Below, one piece after another: positions 1 to 14,165 of a stretch of 64,000 bases of DNA. The DNA comes from Camelus dromedarius. Lineage: Eukaryota. The notes beneath the pieces are model-generated. The model worked only from the letters and a program-made list of their open reading frames with translations, made no database searches and was not told the DNA's origin. Position 1 is the stretch's first letter. The number at the start of each line of letters is the position of its first letter. Made by a program: the position numbers and the translations under genes. The DNA lies in contig NC_087436.1 of NCBI RefSeq assembly GCF_036321535.1, positions 93,312,001 through 93,376,000 on the forward strand, read 5' to 3'.

Positions 1-364
1 ACAAGAATTTAGAAACAGTTTTTAATTTTTGCCTAAGTTCTTTTATTCAACAAACATTTTAAAAGCATGTGCCTGAAACTGAGCTGGGTGTTGGTGTGTT
101 TATTTCTAAAAGGCCTCAATTTCACTTCGGCCTTACAGGTGAAACAAGATCAGGAGCAAGAATCACCATAGCTACATAAATTATACACAGTTCTATGTTC
201 ATAAGGGGTGGAAGAGAGGGAAGAGAGGAAGGAAAGAGAGGAAGGAGGGAAGGGAGGGAGGGAGGGAGGAGATTGAAGAAAGAACTCTGTCAAAGGCATA
301 GGGCTGTGTGTGAGTGGGGAAAACATTCACAAAAGATGCTTTAGTTGCTCATATCAAAAAGGGA

Positions 365-546
365 TGGGGGGAGAGTATAGCTCTGTGGTAGAGCACATGC
401 TTAGCACGTACCAGGTTCTGGGTGCAATCCCCAACACCTCCATTAAAAATAAATCAGTAAATAAATAAGCCTACTTACCTCCCCCAAAACAAAACAAAAG
501 CAATAAATAAATAAATAAGTACTTTTTTTAAAAACAAAAACAAACC
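365..546 (+). mobile_element. tRNA-derived SINE, Vic-1-like (camelid)
   Basis: GGGGGAGAGTATAGCTCTGTGGTAGAG A-box head, degenerate B-box (GGTGCAATCCC) and A-rich tail. Probable TSD aaaaggga at 357-364 and 547-554. Confidence 0.85.
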
Positions 547-856
547 AAAAGGGAGACAGAACAGCACTATTGGCAGAATCTTACCTAATTATTCTGAGGT
601 TCAGAACATCACTCCTAGGGAAAAGTAATCCGCAGACTGGTCCTGCCAATCGGAAAGAAGCACCACTGTGCTGCTTCAGCTTTTCCCCGACCACTTCCAC
701 CTTCTCTCCACCACACCCTTGCTTTCCCCTGAACCCCACGCCTTAACTTCAGCTTAAAACTTGACTTCTCAATTCTCAGCCTTCAACCAAGACTTCTACC
801 AGCTTGGGATAATCACAGCAACCACCAGGACATATTAAAATGTGTCTGTTTTTAAG

Positions 857-900
857 TCTCTCTCTCTCTCTCATACACACACACACACACACACACACAC
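857..900. repeat. Compound (TC)n(CA)n microsatellite
   Basis: Read directly from the sequence. Confidence 0.95.
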
Positions 901-1494
901 TCCCAGGCTATAAGGTTTGAGAAGCAGGAATGTTGGACCTATTTGTTTAACCCAGTATCTGGCACATACTGGGGACTTTTTGAAATGTTGGTTGAATGAA
1001 TGAAAGACCTTAAGGAAAAATGAGATACCGTGTCTCGGTAAACATGTTGACTCATTGTTCAACCAAACATTGCTTTTATTTTATGTTTAACAATTGTGTC
1101 AAAAAAAAATATCCTGAGTCCTGGTTCAAAGAGTCTTACTGACTGTTTAAAGTAATCTTACTACATACAGGTCCGCACAGAGGCTGACTGGAAAGCCTTG
1201 GGGCCAGACATGTTTTAAAATTCAGAATTTTCCAGATATTAAAAAATTTATAGAGTGCATACACCCTAAGTAACATAAGCGAATATGAGGGTTTGCTCTT
1301 AACAAACACTCCACCTGCAATTCTGGTGGCTCATATCAGAAAAAGGGTGATGCCTGGAGGGAGAGTGCCAGACCCACCACCTCAACCAAAGCAGAAGTCA
1401 GAGTGCTGGAAGCCCACACTGAAAGCAGAGTCCGTGAAACAACACTAAACCATCAACGATGACAGTGCTGAGAACAAAACCAACAATCACCACC

Positions 1495-1685
1495 ATTTCT
1501 TGAGCATATGCTGTGTGCCAGGCATTGCGGTAAGCACTTTCTGTGTTAAAACTCATTGAAGGCTCATACAATCCCATATACAGATACCAGTCTCTCTCCC
1601 ACTTTACAGATGAGGAAACTGAGGTACAGAAAGGTGTGAAATAACTCACATAAGTTTACTCAGCTAAGACACAGTGGACCCAGAG
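1495..1685 (-). mobile_element. MIR SINE
   Basis: tgtgccaggca...cccactttacagatgaggaaactgaggtacaga core. Confidence 0.8.
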
Positions 1686-4600
1686 CATGATATCCAATAA
1701 AAGCTAATGAAATTCATGAATTTACTGTTCGCTCACTGATACAGCATTCGTTAATCAGAAAAAGGAAGTGCAGTGGGAGGAATACGAGCTTCTGTAGTCA
1801 GAAGGAATTTGGTTTGAACCCCAGTCCCCCCCTTTACGTAAATACGTGGCCATGAGGACGGGACTTGAGCTCTGTGATTCCCCTTCTCCCCAGCATAAGA
1901 GAGTGACTGCCGCTTACTACTGACTGAGAGCAGCACGTCATACAACTTTTTTTTACATTCACTGTATACTTATATGCTAGGCGCTATACACGTTTTATTT
2001 AATTCTCAGAAAAATCCAGTAATGTAGACACTATTATTAACCTTATTTTTGACCTGAGGAAACTAAAGTGTAGAGAGATTGGGTACTTATTTAAGGTCAC
2101 AGAGAAGTTCATTTTCCTTTCCTTTCCAGCTAAGGCTTCGGTCTAACCGAGAAAGACTAATGCGCATGTTTCTTTTCCTGGATAGAAGAACTCTCTTCGC
2201 AAGTAGAACAGGTAACTGGAAGGGTCTTTTGAATTTAGATGGTTTTGTAGCATTTTCCTGGCTTGTATTCTTCATGATGATGTTAGCCTTGAAACAGAAA
2301 CTTATTCTCATCCCATGTTAAAAATCATCTCCTGATGCTTAAATTTCCTGCACACGATCATGTATTTCCATATTTGATGTCTACAAAAATTACTGCCTCA
2401 GACTCAATTTAAAGTATAAGAGAAATAAGTTGTGAAAGTTAACAACCACTGTCACAGCTACAACTGGAAATCCTAGACTAAATCTGCTGTGAGACAAACG
2501 TCTGACTTTTATATGTCTGATATGAAAGCTTAGGAGAATGTACAAGTGTCACATTCCAAGCCATTTACTACGTCCAGAGTGCCCTGCCTCAGGCCAATGA
2601 AGTGAGAGCTTCAGTCCTGAATGGCTGATGAAAATCGGTGGTTTTGTACATGTTTTACTGAAGCAGGGAAGGGCCTGAGCTTGCTAGTCCCCAGTCTGTG
2701 ACTCCAGGCAGACACGGCCCGTCTCCCTGTGTGTCCATGGTGCGCCTGCAGCAAATCAGAGGATTACAAGTTGGCCTGCGGGCACCCTCAGGACATCCCC
2801 TCCTTGGCTAACTCCGCTTCTTCCCTCCTCCAGGAAATTCTCTGGAAGCCCACAACTTACCCATTCCCCTGCCTCTCCCAACAGACCACCACCATGGCTT
2901 CTCACATCTCCCCCAACCTCCAAGCCCAACTCCATACCCCCTCGTGCTCTCCTCACAACTCTGCAGGACTTACTGATACCCAAGACATCAGCCTCGGATT
3001 TCAGGCAAATCATTTCTCTACTCATTTGCAGAATTCACTTTAACAGCCTCTTGACCGTGTTGGTGTGCGTCCCACCCAAAACTCTCTCCCAGGCTTCAAG
3101 AAATTCAAATGTTTCCATTTGTAGATGGCTGTAGTCAAAGCCAAAAGGCTTCCCCTTAGTCAATTCCCCCTGGAAAGAAAAGTAATGCCTTCAAGCCAGT
3201 TCATAAGTTTGCTGACTCTCCTTTACCTCTTCATACCGCACAGAGGGTTTCTGACGATGTTCGTCAAGCACCCCATGATGCCAGCTTCAGAGTGGCCTCC
3301 TGGCAGGGAATTCACTTCTTGCACTGAGGCAGCCATGGTGACGGAGAATGCCGTGTGAAATCTTCCATCTATCTGCTGGGACCGCACAGGGAAATCACAA
3401 TCTTGCCACGCCTTTAGCTTGTTAACCCCAAATTGATGATTCATCTACCATTTTCTTATTTTACTTTTGACGCCAGTTTCTGTTTCTGAAAAAAATATTC
3501 AGTAATTTTCTCCCATTTGTTTTTTTTTTACCAAATGTGTCCTCAAATAATTTTTTATTTTTAAAAAATTAATATTAAAATTAGATAATGCTGATTGTTC
3601 AGATAATTTCCAAGGAGAAATTGAGATATATTTGTGGAATGACAACGTCAGTGAGAAAGTCTGTGACTCCATTTTAGAAAAAAAAATGCTAATTGCGATG
3701 TATACATTTCCAGTTCATTTTTAAAGTCATATTCTTAGTTTTGCCTCAAGGGAAAGTTCAATTACAATATTTGATTGTAATATTGAAGATATCATTTTCA
3801 GCATTATGCTTTTCACACTCATTATAAAACTAGGAGGCAGATATAAAAAGACTATGGCATTTAAAATGAAAACAAACAAGACAACATCAGGAGTCATTTC
3901 AAATTCACCACTATGAACCTGTTTCCCCATATGCAAAGTTAACAGCACAGACGCTAATGTGCTATTTTATTACAATAATCCTAAATATCCTAATATGCCA
4001 CTTTCTGAGTCTGTTTTAAAATCATAACCAACAACTGTTTAACACACGAAGAAGTAGAAAGGTTACTAGACTTACAATCAAGAGATTCATGTTGGGTCCC
4101 AGTTGTGCAAATGTGCTCACTCAAGCCAGCAGTGTGACCTCTGGAGTCTCCATCTTCCCCCTTGTAAAATCTTGGTTCAGGCCCAGGCATTCCTCTAAGG
4201 GGCTTACATATATTAACTTAATCCTCACATCACTCCTTGAGATGAGTACTTTGAGCCTTACTTCGCAACAAGGAACCAAGTCATCCAGTAGTTAAACAGG
4301 TCAAGCAGCACCTCTCAGCTAGTGATCGAACCTGGATTCAGCCCCAGCAAGCCCAGCATCACAGCGCCAACAGCCCTCACTGCCACTGCCACCCTACGGG
4401 GGGTGGCACTCCTGGGCTGAGCCTAACAAACACCAGGACTGCTGTCAGGCCAAAGGGCCAGGTCAAGGTGTAGATGCTAGACAAATGGGAGCATTCGTTA
4501 TTGTTGTATCACTCCAGTAAACCTTGAAGGCAGCTCGTGAAATAAAGTCTACAACAATTACATCTAGTTAGAATAAATTCAAATTGGCCCACGTACAGCA

Positions 4601-5369
4601 AAATGTGCTTTCTGCAGCATTCTTGCAATGAGGAATCTCTGTCATCCAGCACTTGGCAGCTGCAAGGTAACACCTGCCGTCAAATCTTCGCAAGCCAAAG
4701 CCATCCCTTCCACGCTCTACTCTGAAGAACTTGGGAGTTTCAGTGCGGGACCTGCCAAGAGCTGAGCATATCTCAGGAGTCTCCTGAGGCTAGCTAGTGT
4801 GTTGGCCCTGCCTTCAGGGCTTCCTGCAACTCATCTCTTTGGGGAGAAGGAATTGAGTTAAGTAAATCTAGGCGTGGTTCATCTGGTGAAGTCCTACGTC
4901 CAACTCATCTATCAAATAACTAAGTTGCAGCCAATTCTTGAAATAAAGCTGGCAAATAATGGAAGAAAATTAACCCGTCCAGTGAGCTGAAGAGCCAGGC
5001 TAGATTCTTGCATGATCTTGTTTGCTCCTACTCTGTAAGCCCAAAGTACGGCTCTTGTAGATCTTTTGCTCTGGCCTCTACTGCCAACAGATTTTCATAT
5101 AGATGATATGGTGACTACTTCAACTAATGGACATGCAAAGTTGTAGTGTGGGGAAGGGTATTTTTTTAAAGCCCTACTATTACTATCATTTAAGGCTTTT
5201 ATGAGCCCAAGCACAGTGTCAGGTATCCTCGCATGTCATGTCACTTAACCCCAACCAACCTATAAGATAGGTATCCTCCTCCTGCCCCACCCGCCACCAT
5301 TTACACTGGGGAAAAATGAAGCTCCCAGGTCTTGTCAACAGTCTTTCCCATAATTTCCCGTCATTCAGG

Positions 5370-5670
5370 TCTCCTGACAGGTCAGCTCCACAGAGAAGCT
5401 CTCCCAGAGCATCCAATTGAAATCAGGAAGTCCCCTCCCTCCTCCACTTTTCAGGCCCATTTCGATCACATTATCGTGTTTGGTTTTATTCATAGTGCTT
5501 AATAGTATCTGAAATTCTTATTTTATTTATTTATTGTCTGTCCCCTGTAGAATGTCAGTTTCTGAGAGCAAGGGAACCTGCCTCTCTGGTTCAAAGTTGT
5601 AGCCCCAGTGCTAATAACAATGCCTGTCAAAGAAGAGACACTGAAGAATGAGAGGAAGGAAGGAAGGAAC
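5370..5670 (+). mobile_element. L2 3' end
   Basis: ttattgtctgtcccctgtagaatgtcagtttctgagagcaaggg...ccccagtgctaataacaatgcctg. Confidence 0.6.
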
Positions 5671-6029
5671 CAAGGAACAAAATGTAAGCGCCTCTATAAG
5701 TTTTAGAAGGAGAAAGGCTTATTTTAGGCATTAGAAAAAACTTTGTGACTTGTAAATAAGGTCAAATTCTGAGACACATTACTAAAGGATGTTGTGAAAT
5801 AACTGGAAATTCAAAGGCAAAATAAGCACTGTGTCTTTCTGGGGGGAAAAAGAAATGTTAGTGCAATCCTTTGTGAAATGTGGGTGACAAAATTCCAGGG
5901 CCATTCGACCTTTCAGATACCTTTGTTTTCTCACTGCTAACATTCAGAACCTCTGGAAATCAAAATGTATGTTCGTTCTCTGGTTGGAAATTGCTTGTTG
6001 ATGGTTCTTCATTACTGTCTCTTCCCCAG

Positions 6030-6083
<54 letters not shown>

Positions 6084-6102
6084 ACACACTCACTCACTCA
6101 CC
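6030..6102. repeat. (CA)n microsatellite with a (CACT)n tail
   Basis: Read directly from the sequence. Confidence 0.95.
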
Positions 6103-6565
6103 CTGTCAGGCCTTTCAAAGCCTGAGTTAACAGAGTTTCACGGTCACAAGCAACATTCTAAAATTGGAATTTGGCTGCCTGACCACACACACTAGCCCTG
6201 GGATTCAGCAAACATCTGGGCCAGTAAGTGTGAGAAAGTTCTGTGGTGACAGAAGTTTCTGAGGCAACAGTGAGAGGCTGAATCCCACCAACAACAAGGT
6301 GCAGGTGCCCAGGAAGCCAACCAGACGACAGGGTCTGCCCCCTCGCCACCCGGCGTGGCTCCGGGAAGCCTGGCGACTTCGCTGGCACATAAACCTCAGT
6401 GACGGGCCCCTGGAGAGACCACACTGTTAATGAAAATGGTGGGCAGGGGGTGGGAAATCCAAGAAATCCTGGGCATCTTTAGTTTTGAATAAGAAAACAA
6501 AAGTTTCTTTGGTTGAAAGCTGTCATGTACTGCTTTATTTTATTAACTACAAAATAATACATGCT

Positions 6566-6674
6566 GAAAATGAATACATGTACATGCATGTATGACTCAT
6601 AAATTGGGCTGTACACCAGAAATTGATACAACATTGTAAACTGACTATAACTCAATTTAAAAAAATAAAAATAA
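6566..6674 (+). mobile_element. 5'-truncated L1 3' end
   Basis: ...acaacattgtaaactgactataactcaat plus poly-A. Perfect 15-bp TSD aaaataatacatgct at 6551-6565 and 6675-6689. Confidence 0.9.
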
Positions 6675-9600
6675 AAAATAATACATGCTCACAATAAAAT
6701 ATTTTTTTCAAACCAAACAGAAAATTACCCTATAGAGAGAAAAGCTTCTGCATAAATTACACTGTTAATTTTTGGTGGATGACCTATAAGGGGTGTTTCT
6801 TCTCTGCTTAATAAATGTATGCAACGCTCTACATACTGTTCCCCAGCCTGCTTCTCATCCACACCCAAAATGTTCTGTATCTCCTTCCAAGCTATTCAGT
6901 GTAGTTCTACTTCATCTGAATGTTTAGGAAAATGGCACTCAGATTGGAGAGTGATGTTGTAAGGATTAAATGAGATATTTCTTAAATGCCTAGAATAGGA
7001 CCTGGCACATAATGAAAATGTTGATAAATTATCAGCTGCCCAGTAATAGATGTTACACGTGTGGTGTCAGTTATTTAGCAAGCGCCCTAGTGACAAAAGT
7101 TTCCAATTCTCACTATTATGAACCATATCACAGTAAAGATTAGAGCTTAGATTTCAATATTATGACTTTTTAAAATTATCTTCTATTGTCCAACATTTTG
7201 CGATGTACATAAAACACATTGCTTCATTGGGGTTTACATCGATGATTTATAGGGGACAAATCAGATGTGATGCTCATGTGAGAAACAAGGAAATTGTGGG
7301 TTTTAAAAGTAAGTAAATTTCTCAAGACCACCCAGCAAGAAAGCCTGAAGTCATGCCTTGATTCTGGCCATGCGATCACTCGAAAAGTGTTAACTAAGCT
7401 GGTGTTCAGCGCAAGGCTCTCTGCTGGGCACTGGGAAAATAAAGATACATAAAATACCCTCAAAGAACTCACAGTCTCATGGGTAGGCAACTGTTTTTTT
7501 TTTTTTTAATAACCATATGGCGTTCCAAGCATCATAGCATGCACGCACACTAATAGCAACACCAGACACGTAGACAAAGAAAGCAATGACTAACTGGAGC
7601 CACAGAAGCAGCAAATAGCTGGTGATGTTTCCACAATCTGTCCTCCAAAGCTGAAGGACAGAGGCGTAGGCAAGGGCGGTTTCAGACTTGTGACTTCTAG
7701 TCCTGTTTTTTCCCCTGCGACATGCTGTTTCATACACTCAATTTAGATCATTTATTCCAACAACAAGAAAATCATATAGACATTATTACCACCAAAGTTC
7801 TCTTCAAGGAGGGAGGGGGACAAGAGAGGGAAGGGAAAGTTTAAAGAACATTTCACTTTAATTGGATGTTAAAAAAAATCACTATCAGGTCACCTCCCAA
7901 TAATAAACCTCGAGGACATACTATTGGCATCTCCACATTGCTTTCAAGGGCCCTAAGAGACAAAAATAAGTATACTCTACAACATCAGTAACAGCAACAG
8001 GTGTGAATCCCTCTCCATCTTCAGGAAGGTACTATAAACCCAAGATGTTAAGAGTGATAACTTTATTATCTATTTATATTATTACTAACTGCATTTCTTG
8101 AGTACTCACAACATGCTAGGCTAAAGCCTACAATACACATCATCTCAATTAATCATCACGACATCTCTATGAAACAGATATTATGCTACCCTCATCGTAT
8201 GCATGGGGGGAATGAGGTTGAGAGAGATGAAACAGTTAGCAAGAGGCCAGACCAAGACTCAGACTAAGGTTTGGTTTCAAATCCCACACTCCTAATCATT
8301 CTATTATGGTTACTTTCCACTTTATCAATAACATTTTCTTTTTTGAATATTTTGAGTGCCATATGTGCAGCACACTCTTTAAGAGCATTGAATGGTTTTA
8401 CTCTTTATATATTGAGAACCACTTGTGAGATTTACATTGTCTTAAAGCATAAGTTTATATAACGTTATCATCATGTCTGGCTGACATCTGAATTTGAAGT
8501 TGGCACCTTTTACTTCATTTCATTCTCTGGAAATTAGACAATCAGGACCAACATCAAACAAAGGCTTCCGTGATGATTAGTTGACAAGACAACATAATGC
8601 ACGATTTTACATTAGGCTCCAGGTCCGACATAATTTATGCTCATAACAAAAATGGCAGTCACCCAGTATCTGCCATATGGATTTACGGGCTTAGCTGTGG
8701 CCAAGTCAAAGCACATTAGCCTAGTGTGTCTAAACATCTGACTCTAATCATTGCAGTGAGGATCAAGTCAGGCATTAGAGGCTTGTAAGTGTATTACACT
8801 GAGTGTGGGACGTTGAGAGAAAAATAGGGGTTTTTTGTGGGGGAGCAATGTTGGGAGATTTTTTTTTTTTAATTTAAGATCATCAATCGTCAGTGACATC
8901 TGAGTTGTCCCTTCCGTCCCATCTCCTTTCCTTATGCTAAGGATTCAGCTGTGTCCAGCGTTGTCCATCCAGGAAGGTCAGGCAGAAGACAGAGAAGACT
9001 CTGTGAGAGCCTGTCAGCCTTCAGTGGTTTTTTCCTTATTCATTGTTCTGTATCATCCACACACACCCTCTTCCTGCCTCCCCTACACTGTTAATATGAG
9101 TAATAGAGGATTATACAGTTTTTATTCACTCCCAGATATTTTGGGGAATGAGCTACAATAAATCTGTAATCTAATCTTTCCTCATATAAACATAAAGAAC
9201 TCAAGTATAAACAAAATATATTTATTATCCACTAATGATATTTCCCATTCTACCCACCACCCCACACTCTCAGGGTCTGCACTGAAACCCTGCACCAGCT
9301 ACCCCTGGTCTATTAGTCCTCAGTCATCAATCTCCTTCCCCGACACAGCGACCTCTGCTAGTTTTTTTTTTTTTTTTTTTTTTTTAAACCCATTTATCCT
9401 CCTCCTACTTGAGGTTAGCTTTCCATTATGTAGAACTGGTCTGGACATTAACCACTCCACAACAAAAATCACAACAATGCTAAATAAATATTCACAGCCA
9501 CAGGATAAATGGGATAAGATGTTAGTATCTCAGCATTTCTCTTGGTGTTTATGTTACATCTTCACTATTTTCTTAAAAGCTAAACTGAAGAGGGCATCTT

Positions 9601-12600
9601 CATGACTTCACAAAGTTTCGAACTATTTGGCCAGATAAAAACCTCCTGGAAGATACTTTAAACATACAAAAGCTCTGTTTTGTTTTGTTTTGTTTTTTAC
9701 TTATTAAGTCTACTTGGTGCACATAATAAAATGGTTTTTTAATAAGATTTTATAATACAGAGAAGACTCCACAGACAACAAATAATGCCATCAGGAAAAA
9801 TTTAGACAACTAACAGATCTGTATGCAAAGAAAGGAGAAGGGAATTTCACATTTATCAAGCACCAGGACTGCCACGTACATGATTTCAGTTTATCTCAGA
9901 GGCGGTTGGGAAGCTCATCTCCCCAGCACCTTTCAGGTCAGGTATGAGGATTTCCGAACTTGAGGCCCCAGGTCTGGTAACTTACACAGGTTACAAAGCT
10001 GATAAGCCCAGGGTTGTACTAAACCCATTTTTTTTTTTTTAAATCCAGAGTCAACTATACCATATCAGCCCCCAAGATGAGCACCTTCTCTTTCCATTTT
10101 TTTCTCTTGACATAGTGGATCCTTCTTGACATCTGCTTGGCCAGAAGGCAAAGGTCAAGTGTACTTGAAGCCAGAACCATGTGTTTCAATCCTGGCTCTG
10201 TCCTCACTCCCCATAGCCCCTTGGTCAACTCCTCCAACCTTCTAAGGCTGATTCCTCCTCTACAAAGCACTATTTTAATGTGTCAGTATTACAGTATAAT
10301 GCAAAAAAGTTTTCCCTTTTCCAGTCCATTTGTCTTCTCATACACATGCATACATATATAAACTGACCCAATTACCATATTCTTTTTTTAATACTGCCCT
10401 AAATATTAGTATTTGAGTTTCTGATTTTACCTCTAGTTCTCCTTCTGAATAAAACCTCGTCACTTAGTATCCTTAAGTAACCTCTGCAGATAATGGGATA
10501 ATCTAAAAGTCTTCAAATCTGAAAAGTGAAGGAAAAATATGAGTTGAGATATGCAGTTCAGCACCTAAAACAACAGCTGTCAGATATCTTCAAGACATAA
10601 TTATATTTCACTTAGTAATATCTTCTAATTTTCAACTGGACCCTTTCTTGGACACAATTAAAAATATTTGGCTGCATGAGCATGAGGAAAACCAAGCTCC
10701 ACATGAAATCTTCAATTTGTACCTAATAAATCACAGCTCAACTGTACCAACCCCAATGCAGGATGAGAGCTGTGGACCAAGCCTCAAAGTACAAGAAGAA
10801 AACATTTCTTAAAAATGACTTAATTTAACTGGGACATAGCTAAAAAGCTCTGCTAATGGGGTTGATTTCTTTAAATGCAAATTCTCTTTAATCTTTTGTT
10901 TTTGTTTTTGTTTTGTTTTGTTCTTTTCTCTTTAATCTATTTTTGACAGGCACTTTCAACCTGTGTCAGGGATGTCCTTTCTTTTTCTAGGAGCTGAGCT
11001 CCTTGGCAAGTGATGGACCACAGAGGTGGGTGGTGAAAGTGTCAATCAGGCAATGAATCACAGCCAGGCAAGATCAGGGAGAAAGGAAAAAGTGAGGTTT
11101 GAAGGCCTCGTAAACCTTCAAGGAGCTCACTGAAAAAATATTATACAGCGACACAGTAATTTTGGGCAGAAAATTTTGATGATAACTTTGGCCATGATGA
11201 GTTAAAATGCCACATGACCAAAGGAATGGGTTATACATAAAGGGTTTCATGCAAATTCTTATCCCTCTATTATCCAAGTTTTACACAAGCGGAAGTATAT
11301 ACGAGTATAGGACTTAGTAATTTGAGAAAATGGAATCTGGAGCCATTCTACCACAGTTGAAATCCTAGCCTGACTATGTTCTAGATACAACTGTAAGCTC
11401 AGGCCACTCTCCTCCTGTGTACTTGAATAGTATTCTTTACCTTAGAGGAGTGTTCTGAGCATTAAGTGAATGAATGTGTGTAAAGCATATAGAAGACAGC
11501 CTGGTACACAGGGAAGGCTCAATAAATGTTAACTAATACCATTTCATATCATCATCATTATCATTATTATGTAATGTTAAGTCTTTCCTGGGTGCAATCG
11601 GGGGTCTCAGAATTTCAGCTTACATCAGAGTTTAAAATGTGCACGCACACACAAACACACTCAGAAGTTTCCTCAATGAATATCCAACTTGAGACGGAAA
11701 GATAAACAGATACATCAGATTGGCTAGTTCCACACGTAGCTATGAGCTGAAACAGTCAATAGACACAGAGCACTGCAGAGGATAATGTCATTGCTAACCT
11801 TGGATGGTACAGACTGAACAGATAAGGACTCCCAGGTTCATGGTTGTGTGGCTTTGACAAGTCATTTAACTATGAGGAACGGTTTCCTTTCCTTATCTGT
11901 AGATAAGTGTCTGCTGTATTCTGCCTGGAACATCCCCTTCATTTCCTCACCCCCCCCAACCCTCTTTAACCAGATCTTACAGATCTTATTGTAAATCTCT
12001 CAGCTTCTGGCCTTCCCTGACCTCTAAGGTTAACTAGGTCTCCATGCTCTACAGTCACATGGCATTTCTCCACCATGTCCCCAGTGTCTAGATCTGTACC
12101 TGGCACCTAGTTGACTCTCAATAAATATTGGATGAATCGATGAATGGCTGGATGGATGAGATAATAATGCAGACTGACACTCTTAAATAGAGTCTAACAG
12201 AAAGGAACAAAAAAATACCTGGTGGAAGTGAAGAGTTTCTTGGGCTGTACAAACATCTACAAGCACAATGGGCAAGACTGAAGAATAGGGTTAGTTTGTC
12301 TGACCCCAGGGTCAGGCCAGGGAGGCACAAGGACCAGGAAATGAGATGGAAAGACAAGGTGGTACCACTGTCCACGCAGATGGGTGGGAGTCTAGAGATC
12401 ACACTGAAGGTGTCCGTGAACTTGGAAGAATTACACCCGTATTTCTGAAATTTAATGTCTATCATTTCCTTCAATTAATAAACTAGTAGTATGAGCAGAA
12501 TCTGTGACCAAAAGAAATCAGAGATTTTTTGGTCACATTACTATTGAAGATATCAAAAACATCTTTAACTATCATCAATGTTTTAAAATTAAAGTAGTTC

Positions 12601-12659
12601 TTAGAGTCACCACTGAATCTTGATGTTTAATTAGCTTTTAAAAAGACACATATTACTAT

Positions 12660-12830
12660 ATCAAATTTAATATTTTCACAACTTATTCCAACATAACTGG
12701 CTTCCTTTGTAGTACCATGTATCTATCTTATTTGATACATTTAAAACATTTTTATGAGAGGGGGTCTACAGGCTTCCCCAGACAATCAAAGGGACCCAGG
12801 GCACAAAACAGATTATGCAACCTTGGCTCT
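12660..12830. mobile_element. hAT-Charlie DNA transposon fossil (subfamily uncertain)
   Basis: ggcttcctttgt...catttaaaacatt...gagagggggtctacaggcttccccagac...aaagggacccagggcacaaaa. Confidence 0.5.
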
Positions 12831-13875
12831 AAGAAGGCTCTGACAGATCAGAAAGAAATCAATAGTAATTAAAAAAAAAAAAACCTGTGTTCCAAAAAAA
12901 AGATGATAGTAATTCTCTTGAATTTTGCAATAAGTGTGGAAAAAAATCAGAGGAACGGCTCACTAATCCAGGGATGAGCTGACTAACACCAAAGCAAGCT
13001 AATGAACCAATTATGTAGCAGAAACAGAAGCACAAAACTTAACCCCAAAAAGTCTGGGGCGCAATTATTTCTTTCTGAACCGCAAGGATGAAGGTGGGGC
13101 AGCTGGCAGTGACTGACAGCACGGGGGAGGAGTGCCATTTTGCGGAGAATACAAGGTGGTCTATTTTTCCTCCCACTTTATGTGAGTGCATCCAAGCAGA
13201 GCGATCACAACCAGGTTCAGATGTAAAGTGCTTTGAGGGCAGATTCTTCAGGGGAAGGCAAAGAAGGACCACTGATAAAAGCATCAGTAATGGGAACAGG
13301 AAGAAATCTTTCTTTCCTGCAGCACCAATAGCAAGGCCCGAAGAGAAGAGTAAAAGTGAACGGAGATGAGGGCAAATCCTAATTGAACCAAAAGAAGCTG
13401 CAGTGAGAATGTGAAGACTAAGTGAACCAAGATGACAGAGCAGAATCCAATACTGTGTAAGATGCAATCTACAGGTGCGAGGAGTCATAAACACAGCCTC
13501 CTGTGAAAATGTAAGGTGTCAACTAGACCTTGAATCACCACCTCACTTGTTCCCAGAAGGTAATGCAGTCAAAATGCATTCATTCTCTAGGGCGACTCCA
13601 CTAAAATCAGCCCTGACTTCTTTTTTCCTGTGCTTTCATTCAGAATCTGATGGGTTGTTTTTTTTTCCAGTTTACATAAAAGGATTTTCATAGCATAAGA
13701 TATAAAGCCCTTCTATGACTCCATTTTCAGGAATTCCTAACACGATACTCTTCCTTAGTTATTCTGAAACAGATTAAAGAGAGACCCTTAAGGTTTTCTT
13801 CTCCTTCGTTTTTAAAAAATTTAAATTGAAACGATTGCATTGGAAGAAAGGCTTTAATTAAAAGAACCAGAACTT

Positions 13876-13956
13876 AACTGAATCACTGTGCTGTGCACCA
13901 GAAATTAACACAACATTGTAAACTGACTATACTTCAACAAAAAAGTAAAAATTTTA
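13876..13956 (+). mobile_element. Very short L1 3' end
   Basis: aactgaatcactgtgctgtgcaccagaaattaacacaacattgtaaactgactatacttcaa. 16-bp TSD aaaag(a/g)accagaactt at 13860-13875 and 13957-13972. Confidence 0.88.
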
Positions 13957-13972
13957 AAAAGGACCAGAACTT

Positions 13973-14165
13973 TCAGTTTAAAAATAAATATAATGCACAA
14001 CACAAGGAATATAGTCAATAATACTGTAATAACTTTGGGTGGTGACAGATGGTAAGTAGACCTGGTGGTAATCATTCATAATGTATAAAAATACTGAATC
14101 ACTATGCTGTATACCCGAAGCTAATATAATATTATAAGTCAATTATACTCCAATTTTTTTTTAAA
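13973..14165 (+). mobile_element. Older L1 3' UTR fragment (L1MA9-like)
   Basis: ggaatatagtcaataatactgtaataactttgg...ggtgacagatggtaa...gaatcactatgctgtatacc...aattatactccaat. Confidence 0.75.

Noticed and set aside
1780..4330. Convergent MIR pairs (~1780-2100 and ~4080-4330) as dsRNA or editing substrates
   Set aside because: The copies are too diverged to form long duplexes.
4387..4408. GC-rich hairpin tgccaccc-tacggg-gggtggca
   Set aside because: An 8-bp stem can occur by chance in 64 kb, and there is no supporting ncRNA context.
13039..13494. 151-aa minus-strand ORF
   Set aside because: No recognisable homology or clear splice context. The length is compatible with chance.
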